Below the pieces are notes generated by a model. That model made no database searches and had not been told where the DNA came from. It worked only from the letters and a program-made list of their open reading frames with translations. From Wallemia ichthyophaga EXF-994 (taxonomy: Eukaryota > Fungi > Basidiomycota), in the NCBI RefSeq assembly GCF_000400465.1, contig NW_008806276.1, positions 360,001 to 392,000 on the forward strand: 32,000 nt of DNA. Direction: 5' to 3'. The translations under genes and the position numbers were made by a program. Shown piece after piece: positions 1-10,708 of the stretch; position 1 is the stretch's first letter, and every line of letters begins with the position of its first letter.

Positions 1-1950
1 CAAGAGAGCGTCAGCAGACTTGAGTCGGCGTTGTTGAGACTGGTTTATGTCGTCACTAGGAGCAACATAAGTGACACACTGAATGAGAGCTCAGCAGAAA
101 GTGCAAATGTCTGTCAAATTGTTCAAGCTTTGGCTAGTAGAGGTGCATTAGGCTACGAGATTGAGTCAAAGGTGAGCAGAGATGCGAGATGCGAGATGTG
201 AGATGGTCACGTGAGACAAATTAACACAAAAACAGATGGTCGAAAACGCTTTGCAGCTTCTCTTCTTAGATCTTCTCTGGACTGTGTCTGAACTTGTGAA
301 GTTGCAACCAACGACAACGGACAACGAAGACTCTGAGTATGAGTTTAAGAAGATGCAAGTCAAGACACTCCGCGACAATCTCTATCATCTTGCTATTGAC
401 TTGTCGGTTGGGTCGACATCAAACTCGACAGACAGCGTCAAATCGAAGGGATTCAAGATTTTAATGGAGATAGTCATATTGTTTGCAGACAACCGTCCAA
501 AGGAATTGAGCACTGAAGTTTCAAAGCACACTTCAATGGAGTTTAGTGAAGAAACGCAGCTGAGATGTATGGGATATGTTGAGTCAGAGATCGATAAGTT
601 TGCCGAGGAGATTCACGTTAACGCTGACAATGACGACGACGAAGCTGCAGAGGAAATCCAAAATGACAAGCAAAGCAGTGATGAGGATGAAGCACCTAAA
701 ATCAAAAAAAGGAAGTCGAAGACAACACCAAAGAAGCAAGCACCCAAGCAGAATAAACAAAAAAAGCAGGAGTTGACATTGGCGCTCCAACCAGATCGTA
801 TCAATTACACATATGAGTTTTCAGAGACAATCGCTGTCGTAGTGAAAGCTATTAGACTTGGTGTCTTGTCGATTGACAAGCTGCCTGTGATATTGGCGCA
901 CCATGGCAGATTTGGTGTGCTCTTTGACAGCCTCAATAAGCTAGCTTTGGATGCAATACGCGAAATTGCTTTGTATGCTGGTAGTGAATATTATCTGGGG
1001 ATAGTGCACGTTGTTACAACCTCACTAATATCAGCACATGAGCTCTTGTTAGAAGGAAAAGTTGAAGATGAATCACGTTTGCTGGCTTTGGGTAGATCAT
1101 TATCTTCGTCGTTAGTGTTACGAGGTGCGCAGTTGAAAATAGTAAGCAGAGCGTCTTCCAATGTCGTAGTTGCAATTCACAAGAGGGTGATTAGCGAGCT
1201 ATTTGACGATCTCAAACCACTTGTTAATGAGCAGCGCAAGAACTCGACAAAGATATCACAAATTAATTCGGGTTTTAAGGCGTTGCAGCACCTTTTAGCT
1301 GTCGGTCCATCTAGTCTCATTGAAGGCAGACATGCACTGGAGGTGAAGAACTTCTACGATGAACAGCTCAAGGCGGCTGAGATTGAGTTGAGCACGTCGA
1401 GCAAGATATGGGAGGGCGCACGTTCGTACGAGAAAAAGCTCGTCACTCTGATAGCTAAAGATAAAGGTGAGCTACCGATGAGCGGATAACGATCAACGAT
1501 ATTTCTAATCATCATCCAGTACTCGTCAAGCATAGGAATGCTCAGGAGAAAGATGTACACTCGCGAGCATCCCGTGAGAAGCATCCTCGAGCTGCAGCCA
1601 CAGCTGGTGAGGGGCTCTCCAAAGATATGGTTGGCAGTGAAGACGAAGGTGAAGAGGGAAGCGAAGATGGTGGTGAAGATGAAGTTGAAGATGAAGAGCA
1701 GAATGCTGAGATTGACGAACACAACGAGAATGATGAACATGATGAAGAGCAATTGCCAGATGAGCCTACCGCTGATATTCAAAGGGACTCATCCCCACTA
1801 TCCTCTCTTACTAGCCATCACGACGAGAATGAAAATGAGAATGCCTCGCAAACATCCAAGAAGAGGTCTCGTCAATCAGACGCCCCGTCGCCAAGTAAAG
1901 GCCTGCAAATGTCCAACACACTCAGAACAAAGCGCAGTCGCATTGATTAG
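1..1950 (+). CDS. SCC3: Cohesin subunit Scc3/STAG, C-terminal part (5' end outside window)
   Basis: Frame 1 is open from base 1 (QESVSRLES...ASRGALGYEIESK). Intron 172-235 joins it to ORF 236 (MVENALQLL...SVGSTSNSTDSVK...KAIRLG...ILAHHGRFGVLFD), which resembles basidiomycete Scc3 C-termini. Intron 1467-1519 joins to an acidic tail ending at TAG 1950. Confidence 0.78.
178..207 (+). repeat. 7-bp tandem repeat (GAGATGC-like x4) in SCC3 intron
   Basis: gagatgc gagatgc gagatgt gagatgg read directly. Confidence 0.8.
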
Positions 1951-2020
1951 CTTGATATTAATATTGTAGTAAAGTTGCTGTACAAAATACGTCCATTTAA
2001 GCATTTTGCAACATCATGTT

Positions 2021-3094
2021 CTAGTAGTGAGCGTCATATGCGTGCCCGCTGTTACTCATAAACATGAGCATTGTTTCGGCTAATCCTTCAGACCAGACAA
2101 CTGCATTGTGACCACCTTTTTGAGTAAGCAGCAGTCCTCTCTGGGCTGATGCATCGGTATACTCCAAAACACCCCATTTATGGCCTGTCAATGAGGTGAT
2201 TTCGTGTGATTTTGTCTTGTTGTTACTGACTTGGCTCTTAAATAACGAGATAGAGTGCTCGACAGGTATCTCGATATCATCCACCGAATGCGCAATCAGA
2301 ACAGGGGATGAGATGGCATGTAGATTGTCGCCTGTGTCGTACTTATGCCTCAAGAACGTGAACAAATATTCTCTGATCTGCGGAAGGGAGCGCAAAGGAC
2401 TAAAGAGGGGAAACAGACCACCGATTTTGTAAGTTTCAAGCAACTTAGTGACGGAAGAGAATGGAGCAGCAAGAACGACTGCGCGTATCTCGATACCCTG
2501 GCTCGATAGTTTTCTAGCAAAGTTAGTAACCACGCCAGTACCCAAAGACTGACCAAGCAGTATGATCTTGTCAGGTGTAGCGCCTCTACTGATAGCATAG
2601 TCGTACGCAGCTTGCGCATCTAGTGTGAGACCTTTCTCTGACGGCAACCCACTCGAGTCACCGAAACCGCGATAATCGAATGATATAACATTAGCATCGA
2701 GCTTGTTGGACATGACGGCGGCAGTGGCTACACGACCGCTCATTGCGCGTGTAGCTGCGTTACCATGCGCGAATATCACAGTTGGGTGTGTTTTGAACGT
2801 GTTGTCGATCTCTCTCTCCGATACGCTGCCATCCATGCTCACTAGAGAGTCGGGCAGGACATGCCAACTGCCGAGTCGCTCCCGATCCACTGTATTGAGC
2901 CTGACATTGAAGGTTTTGAACGGTGACAACCCAAAAGCCGCTGGATCAGACAGAGTTTCACTGCCGGCCATTTTCACCCTTCGCAGATATAGCACTTCTA
3001 GTTGAATATTCGGGTGGATTAATGATATCATTAGAGCTACGTAAATGGCTCCAAACCAAACAAGCCATTTGTGACCTTTGCTGAGGAGGCCCAT
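2021..3094 (-). CDS. Alpha/beta hydrolase, ABHD12/ABHD13/BEM46-like, with N-terminal membrane anchor; intronless
   Basis: FAHGNAATR, FDYRGFGDSSGLPSEKGL, nucleophile elbow GQSLG, HSVDDIEIP and GGHN. The track start at 3115 is TTG; the first ATG is at 3094 (MGLLSK). Confidence 0.88.
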   Translation of the reverse strand: MGLLSKGHKWLVWFGAIYVALMISLIHPNIQLEVLYLRRVKMAGSETLSDPAAFGLSPFKTFNVRLNTVDRERLGSWHVLPDSLVSMDGSVSEREIDNTFKTHPTVIFAHGNAATRAMSGRVATAAVMSNKLDANVISFDYRGFGDSSGLPSEKGLTLDAQAAYDYAISRGATPDKIILLGQSLGTGVVTNFARKLSSQGIEIRAVVLAAPFSSVTKLLETYKIGGLFPLFSPLRSLPQIREYLFTFLRHKYDTGDNLHAISSPVLIAHSVDDIEIPVEHSISLFKSQVSNNKTKSHEITSLTGHKWGVLEYTDASAQRGLLLTQKGGHNAVVWSEGLAETMLMFMSNSGHAYDAHY

Positions 3095-3158
3095 GTGATG
3101 ATAGATAGATAGCAAGAATGATAGAAGGCATTAGGGCATTACAATCTTTTGAAAATGA

Positions 3159-4643
3159 TTAAAAGTCATCAAGGATCTTGTCGAGTGCAGAAACAGCCTT
3201 GTGGACATCGCGGAAGCTGTTGTAAAGTGGCGCTGGAGCTAGTCTGATAACCTCAGGCTTGCGATCATCTCCAACGACGCCGTGTATCTGAAGCTGCTCG
3301 TTGTAGAAGAGCATGTAGTCCTTGTTGAACTTGAGCGACAGCTGGGCACCTCTCTCACTAGGATTACTTGGGGTTATGATGGTGAATTGCTTGTGCTCGA
3401 CGTTGGAACTGTCTGTGTAGTGCTTGGAATACTTCAGCAGTCTTTCCATGTATCCTGTGAGAGCAACACTCTTAGCTCGAAGATTCTCCATTCCAGCCTC
3501 GTCAAACAGCTGGAGAGAAGCGTAGAGGGCAATAAGGGTGAGGACAGGTGTATTGCTGACCATCCAGGCCGAAGCTCCAAGAGATGGCGAAAAGTGTGGT
3601 CCCATTTCAAATCGTGTCTCTGGATCATGTCCCCACCACCCTTCCAACCGTCTGTGGTCGGCTTGGCACTGGCTTTGAGTTTGAGACTCGTGAATGAAAA
3701 TACCAGCGATACCACCAGGAGAGCTGTTGAGATATTTGTAGCTACACCACACTGCAAAATCTACATTCCACTCATGCAGCTTTAAGGGTACGTTTCCGAC
3801 GGCGTGGGCGAGATCCCAACCAACATACGCACCGAACGACTTTGCGTGGCTGGTGATTGTAGGTATGTCAAACAGCTGGCCGGTGTAGAAATGAACACCA
3901 CTGAACATAACCAGGGCTACCTCATTACCATGCTCTTCGAGGGTGCTGAGGATGTCTTGGGTTCTTAGGGTTGATTCACCGGACCTTGGCTTCACTCTGA
4001 TGAGAGCATCATCTGGATTGAGGTTGTGTAGATACGCGTGGGAATTAAGAGCGTACTAAGGCTAGTTAGCTATTCGCAGTTGTCGATATAGCCAACTAAC
4101 ATTATCAGATGGAAATGCGTTGTCTTCAAAAACGATCTTGTAACGTTGAGCGGATGGTTTGTAGAAGGTAATGAGTAGCTTGTGCAGATTTGAAGTAAGC
4201 TGGCCCATAGCGGCCACTTCGTCCGCGTTTGCGCCTGCAAATGATGAGTGTGTGATGACATCAGGCGCTGCTGTTCCCACCGACGATAGCAGCCAGGCTT
4301 CCTTTGACAAGCTCATCACAGCTCTTCCATGGCCTTTGGTATGGATGATCAAAGTGGCCCTCAACTGCGCGCGTCTTCCATACGTCGAGTTCCTCTGCGA
4401 TAAGCGATTGAGTGCGCTTAGGCATCAAACCGAGTGAATTGCCACAGAGGTAGGTGATCTCAGCATCTGCTGCCAAATGAGCTTGCGACTAATAGCGGTA
4501 CGAGACTGACCACGTTTGCACGGCAAGTGGAATTCCTGCCTGAAATTCGAGAGGCTGTCAAGATTATCGAGATGGACAGAGTGGTCCGGATTAATTAGGT
4601 CATCGTCAGTAATCTTATCGAGATATTCCCGCAATTCGCTCAT
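3159..4643 (-). CDS. BNA5: Kynureninase (PLP-dependent, de novo NAD+ pathway), 4 exons
   Basis: FRQEFHLP, YLCGNSLGLMPK, EVAAMGQLTSNLH, FSGVHFYTGQLFD, GWDLAHAVGNVPLKLHEW, WCSYKYLNS (PLP Lys), GWWGH, IRLAPAPLYN, joined across three short GT-AG introns. Confidence 0.95.
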
Positions 4644-4665
4644 CGATGTTCGTTGTAACAATACC

Positions 4666-5622
4666 ATGAGCAGCGGCGATAAGGTTCAGTCAGCGGTAGA
4701 TTTTCTGAGCGACCCAAATACGCAATCAGGTAGCCTGGAGGACAAGGTACAGTTCTTGCGGTCAAAAGGACTCGAGCAGGCCGAGATTAACCAGGCTTTG
4801 GCTGCTGCGAACAACAATCGCCGAATCTTCTTCAGTCAGCCACCGAGATATGAATTGCAGAGAGATTGGAGAGATTACTTTGTGAGCTGCAGGGAGTCGC
4901 TCAGAGCCACTGCTAATAATATGCCCAGATAATGGCCGTTGTATCCGGTGGTCTCGCTTATGGCGTTGGAAGCCTGGCTAAAGTGGGAATATTCTTGCGC
5001 GGTGATCCACCACTCATGCGTACACCCAGAGATATCTTTGGCCACATTTGCAGCCTCCATCGTCTACGCAGTACGAATCTGATCTCAAGTCTTTGAACGA
5101 CAAGTACGACGAAGCAGGTGAGTTGAGTGGCGTGTGTATTACTGCACACTCACAATCAGTGTAGAAAGCACAATGAAGGAGCTGCGTGACGACACAACGG
5201 CTATCAAGGATTCGTTAGCCGGTCAGCAGGACAAGGTGAACGAGACAATCGTTGAAATTGAGAGGGCAGTTGACGTAAGTGGATGCGCATCGTATATACC
5301 AACATCTCACGCCTCATAGGGCATCAAGTCCAGCGAGAAGAGGACTCGAGAAGAGATGGACGGCGTCGTTCGCGAGCTCAGCGAGATAAAATCTCAAATT
5401 CCAAAGCTAGTTGAGTCACAGCAGCAATCGCAAGCAAGCACTCTTAACGAATTACAATCTGAGCTCAAATCACTCAAGTCTCTCCTCTTATCAAGACAAA
5501 ATGGCGGGACGACGTCACCAAGCTCTTCGATACAAATAGGCAAACCACAGATACCTGCGTGGCAACTAGCCACTGCCAATGGCACTTCAACGTCGCCCAC
5601 GAACTCTACAAATTCTCATTAA
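4666..5622 (+). CDS. PEX14: Peroxisomal docking protein Pex14
   Basis: N-domain SAVDFLSDP...KVQFLRSKGLEQAEINQAL. After introns 4882-4928 and 4983-5029 it reads RDWRDYFIMAVVSGGLAYG...RYLWPHLQPP, then a coiled coil ending in KPQIPAWQLA. Confidence 0.93.
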
Positions 5623-5699
5623 TTCTTGTAATTGTTTGAATAATTTTCACTTTTTCACCATCGAACTCAAACGACGACGTGATTTGCGATATTTAAGAG

Positions 5700-8054
5700 A
5701 TGGCGAGTACTAAGGCGATTAATGGCACCCACAGGCTAACATAGCGTAGTTCTGGAAGTGAGCACCATCTCGTGCGCCATCTCCATTTTCTCAAGCCGTT
5801 TGAACAGCACTGAGCTGCTTACGTCGAGGAGAGATGGATATGCATTGGTCTGGATCGCTGCCACGCTTCCATCAAAGTGCGCTCTACAAAATCGCGACGC
5901 TGTCTAACCCAAATCTCAGAGCCAATCTCACAAACTTCAAGAGGCTTTCAAAGAAGGATATTTTAAATTTTTCAGTTCCAGCATTCTGCCAAACGCTGCA
6001 GGACCCTCCTGAGCCACTAGCGCTGCGTTTATCTTCCAGCCTACTCATCGGTGTTGTCAGAATCTACGATAAGCGCCTCATGTTTTTCGAGCATGACGTC
6101 CAGCAGGTCCACAACAACCTCCTCAAAGCCATCAACAATACGGAAATGAGCAGCGACGGTGAGAGTATCAACTTGCTGCAGCATCGAGCACGCGTCGATC
6201 AAATTACTCTCGATGCCAATCAACTTCACGCGCCTGATAACATACAGAATCTCGATCTGAGACTGCAATTGGCTGAGATTGTAAGACGGGCATTTATAAG
6301 CCTCTGTCGCTGTTTCTGACGTTGAAATCGAAAGGATGTTACTGCTGGTATGACCAATGCACTTCAAGACAGCAACATCGCCTCGCTCACTGCATTTGAC
6401 AGCCATTCCAGTGGGATTGGTAGAGCTGATCCGACGCAGCAAGACTTGCTATTCGATCCAATGATACCTATGATGCCCATGGATTGGAGTATCTCCAGTC
6501 ATGCTCCTCTTGGTCCTGATATTCCCGCTAATGTTGCTCAATCGGCGTCTCATCAGTTCCTCCAAGATCGTCCACCTTCGCGACAGATTGCTGCTGGATT
6601 CGATGACTGGGGTATGCCTTCGGAAGATATCCGTCGCGATTTCTTCGAGGACATAGCTCAAAATGTCAGAGAAGAGGGATTGGGTGAGAACTTTTTCAAT
6701 TTTGAGTGAGTGACAAGCTGAGACAGTGGTGAGATATTGCCTTTTTTTGCTTACTTGCCAAAGTATCCCGCTCGAGGGCGTTAAAGCTCAGTCTGTCGAA
6801 GAGCGCAGAGTGAGTGTGTTTGTTGACGCCCTACTGCCCTACTGCCCTAACGCAAGTGTAGAGATCGAGAGAACAAGGCAGCCAACCTATATCTTCTTCT
6901 CCATTGTCTTCACTCCCACAAGCAGCAAGGCCAAAGAAGCGTAGGAGACTCGTTGTCGACAGCCGTCTTGACTTGTTAGATGAAGTGAGTATAGTGTTCG
7001 GGTGTAGTCGAGTGAGTAACGTTTCATAGGAATTGCGAGGATCACGTGACAATTACTTGCAAAATATGGAGAGGTAAGGATTATAACATGTGGGCTGTGC
7101 TTATCCATCTTCAGAGACAATATTGCAGCTGGTCATCGCAACAGCATTTATCAAGAAGAGACTTTAGCGTGCAACATGGTAATATCATTACCGTTCAATA
7201 GTACGTCAGTGTACAGAAGTACCTTCTACTAACAGCCATGGTAGTTGCTAGGAATATGGAGCTTGGTGGTAACTTCCCAGACCCTAAAACCATCACGAGA
7301 TGGAGAAGGAAAGAGAAAGGTGGAGCAGAAGGTGGAGCGCCTGGAACCAAAGAGACGACGCCGATGATTGGGGCAGGTAGTGGTATGGTCAGCTCTGGTC
7401 ATGGCGTAGACTATCAATTTGATGTACCGATGGACCCTCTCCAGCTGCCAGCTGACGTTGAAGTCGGTAGAGCTGTAACAGGCAGTCCACGCAGTGCATT
7501 ACCTTGGGAGAGGTCTGATGTTGGATTGGATGTCGACAGACCGTCTACGGCATCGCCATCTGCAGCAAGTCTCCACAGAAGCGTGTCGATGGTTTCAGAG
7601 GGAAGAAGATTCAGCTTGGATCCCATAGGCAGCACACAAAGGAGACAGTCGATCCGTTCACCAGTTGGTGGATCAGTCGTTGGAGGTGATGTATCCATGG
7701 GAATCGATCATGGATCATTCGCAGGACTCGATGAAGCATTCCTACCAGAAGCTGAGCTCGACAATCAGACTAATAGCTTTTTGAGATTCGCCAAGGGCGT
7801 TTTTGGTAGCAACGGCGGCACGGGTCAAGTTGATGAGCGTAGCAGTGTGCGTTGTCTAGTGATGAATGATATATGTCCAGCAACGCTCACAGCGCGCTAT
7901 GTAGCTGTGAATGCGTTCCATAACATACTAGGTGAGTGTTTTTAATGATGAAACGCGGTTGCCTAAATGGTCCTCTTCAGTGCTCGCAGACAAGAATTTG
8001 GTTAAGGTGCATGTGAAAGACGATCCAACGAGGTGGTCACTTTCATTTGCGTAA
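5700..8054 (+). CDS. REC8: Rad21/Rec8 family kleisin, most like meiotic Rec8; multi-exon
   Basis: Spliced N-terminus MFWNTELLTSRRDGYALVWIAATL...PEPLALRLSSSLLIGVVRIY; middle RPKKRRRLVVDSRLDL; separase-type site DVEVGR; C-terminal winged helix NAFHNIL|VLADKNLVKV ending at TAA 8052-8054. The N-terminus resembles Rec8 more than the Rad21-type MFYS...GPLARVWLAA. Confidence 0.8.
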
Positions 8055-8166
8055 AGTGAAAGAGAAAGAATTGCTGTATATTTTTATTTACGATTCATGA
8101 GTATTCTTGCTGGAATAGGTGATGTCTTGACCAAAACTTTGATAGGCGATACGCATCGGCGAGAGG

Positions 8167-9217
8167 ATGGTATCATTTTCATGTCAGAATTGTAATGATA
8201 CGGTGAAGAAGCCTAAATTACAGATGCACATGAATCGATGCCAGGCGCCTGTGGATTGTATTGACTGCAGTACAACGTTTGATGGACATTCAGCCAAGTG
8301 GGTCGATTGCGGGGGAGGCACTGCAGCGCTAACAACGCAACCAGAGCACACACGAGCTGTATGACGGAGGAGCAGAAGTATCAGAAGAATTTATATCATA
8401 AGCCTACAAAGGTGTGTGCAGCTCTTCGCGTACCACCACACACCATCTAACGCGCAATGAAGACAAAGGCGGTGGAAATGAAGCAAGAGCCAGAGTCTAC
8501 AACAGCGCCAGCTCCAGCTACCGCTCCAGCGCCTACGCAAGAGAAGAAGAAGAAAAAGTCCAAGACTGAGAAAAAGGAGAAGGAGGCGGATGAAGAGCCT
8601 CCATCGACGCAGAAAGAGTCTAAAAAGCGCAAAAAGGTGGGTGCTGAGGAATAGGCGTGTGCGTGTATCTAACGTAGCTGCTCCAGTCCAAGACCAAGGA
8701 CGAGGCGAATGACGATAGCGAGAACAAAGCCAAGGACACAGACGAGCCGTCAAAGAAGAAAAAGAAGAAGACGTCGACGGAGGATGGCGAGGAAAAGCCA
8801 AAGAAGAAGAAGAAGGCTAAAAAGTCTGATAAGGATGCTGAAGATGGTACAGAAAATGTTGAGAAACCAAAGAAGAAGAAAAAGTCGAAAAAAAGCGAGA
8901 GCGAGAGCGCTGTAGGTAAAGGGACTTCCGCGGGAGCTGACAAGAAGGCGCCACCCACTCTATTCACAGACGACGATCTCCGCGATGCAATGAGACATGC
9001 CATAGCTGAGCAGCAGCAAGGCACAACCATCGAGTTCCAAAAGATGCTCATGTCCATTTTAAAGGCAGCGGTGGAGATTAAGAAGAATAAGAATACCGAT
9101 GAGCCGAGTCAGGAAGAGCTCACTGATGCCCACAGAGATATTGCAAATCAGGTGTTGCGGACGATGACGTTCACAAAATCAGACGACGGCAATGAAATGC
9201 TCCTAGGCATCAAATAG
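8167..9217 (+). CDS. LYAR-type C2HC zinc finger nucleolar protein (YCR087C-A-like) with Lys-rich tail
   Basis: MVSFSCQNCNDTVKKPKL..HMNRC..VDCIDCSTTF, then after an intron AHTSCMTEEQKYQK; K/E-rich middle region; stop 9217. Confidence 0.9.
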
Positions 9218-9242
9218 AATATTACAGGGACTGATTGATACA

Positions 9243-9814
9243 TTAATTATTCAAGTTTGTTACTGATTCGGGCGATTGAGGTACCTCGAAGCTGATATCT
9301 GCACACCCGAGCTCAGTGTCGCCGTTGTGGATGTCCATATTGATTGTGTAGTTTGATTGTGAGCTGTTGATGATATCTGAGTCGTTTGTGACATCTAGCT
9401 CGTAGCTGCCTTGGCTGACAGGACAACTAATGCCGCTTTTTGATCTAGGATGAGTCGGTATGAGCTAGGAGGGAGTATGGTAGCAAAGTAGACTAACAAA
9501 TAGGTACAGAAATCTCCATCGAAGCTGAGTAGCTTGAATCCTTGTTCGACGATAGCATATGTGAGCGTTGCACTGTCAACTTGCTCTGAAACATTCATTG
9601 TGATGTTCTGGATATTATCGCCAGTAGCATCTTGGAATGTGATAGCTGATGAGGTACCTAAATAGCGTGAGATAAGGATTATTAGGAAACATCCCCACTC
9701 ACCGCAATCTTTGATCTCCTTAACCTTTGTTTGAACAGGTGTGGACGTTGAGACCGTTTGTGAATGTGCAACGCTCGCAAGCAGCCCTAACAGGTAAACA
9801 AACCTTCTTATCAT
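9243..9814 (-). CDS. Secreted divergent ML (MD-2-related lipid recognition) domain protein, NPC2 paralog, 3 exons
   Basis: Signal peptide MIRRFVYLLGLLASVAHS. After removing introns 9658-9702 and about 9447-9499 it reads EIKDCG...DGDFCTYL|SKSGISCPVSQGSYEL...YTINMDIHNGDTELGCADISFEV...NN*. Four Cys line up with the ML pattern. The last exon is absent from the ORF track. Confidence 0.7.
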
Positions 9815-9945
9815 GATACAATTAATGAAAGATACACTTGCCATTTTGGGAGCGGCGTCGTATGACAGTGAAAAATTTATTACAAAAGGATTCGTAGGAT
9901 CGTTCAATGACATTACAACATATTGTGGTCGTTAGGATAGTAGTT

Positions 9946-10661
9946 TTAGTTGAAAACACTTAAAAACGGAAGAAAACTTAGTCTGAAGTTGAGACAAGCT
10001 AGTGGAGTGTCGTCGACGGTGTTAGCTCTGACTTGAAGGGTGTAGGCGGCTGTAAAGGGTGAGATGGAACGTGAAATGACAAGGTTGACGCAACGCACCT
10101 GGGGGAATATGCGATGGAAGTTGGATGTTCTGTTTGATGGCACGCTCACCCTTTTCAACAGGACATTGAATTTGAGCATCGGCGTTATGGCTTGTGAGGA
10201 GATGAGTATGAGATCAGTGCAAATAATAAACGCGCTTACGCCTCCTTGCAAAGATCGTAGCGAGTGGAATAGAGAGTGATGTAACCCAACTTGACAGCGA
10301 CGTCTGCGTACGCGCCTTCCTGTCGTGGGTGTTAGAAGTGTAAGGGTACTACGCAGACACTGCCACGCACTGCAATGTATCTGTTCACAGTTCCAGCCGC
10401 GTCTATAGTAAGATTACGGCCAGATTGGGGAGGATCCGGGGAAACATCGAGTTTGCTGAGCTTGAGAGCGTCTTCAACATCGCCACAATCACTCCAAGAC
10501 CACTTGGAAAGGGGTTTGACATCGTTGGCGGTGGTGTCATCGCCGAGATAGAGGACAGATTCATCAAAGGAGAGAACATCTAAATAATTATAATCGTATT
10601 CACTGATAAATGCTGCAACAGGCGCTGTGACTGCTAAAACGAGAATTCCTTTTAATTTCAT
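9946..10661 (-). CDS. NPC2: NPC2 / phosphatidylglycerol-phosphatidylinositol transfer protein (ML domain), 4 exons
   Basis: Signal peptide, WSWSDCG, LDVSPDPPQSGRNLTI, |EGAYADVAVKLGYITL...YDLCKEA|HNADAQIQCPVEKGE...LPSHIPP|AAYTLQVRANTVDDTPLACL. Confidence 0.92.
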
Positions 10662-10708
10662 TATCAAAGTGCGAGACGACGCCTTCTGATCACTCGACCA
10701 AGGCTGAA

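Noticed and set aside
5682-5688. MSE-like CGCAAAT (minus strand) upstream of REC8
   Set aside because: A short, common motif; REC8 is an early meiotic gene, and the relevance of Ndt80 in this lineage is unknown.
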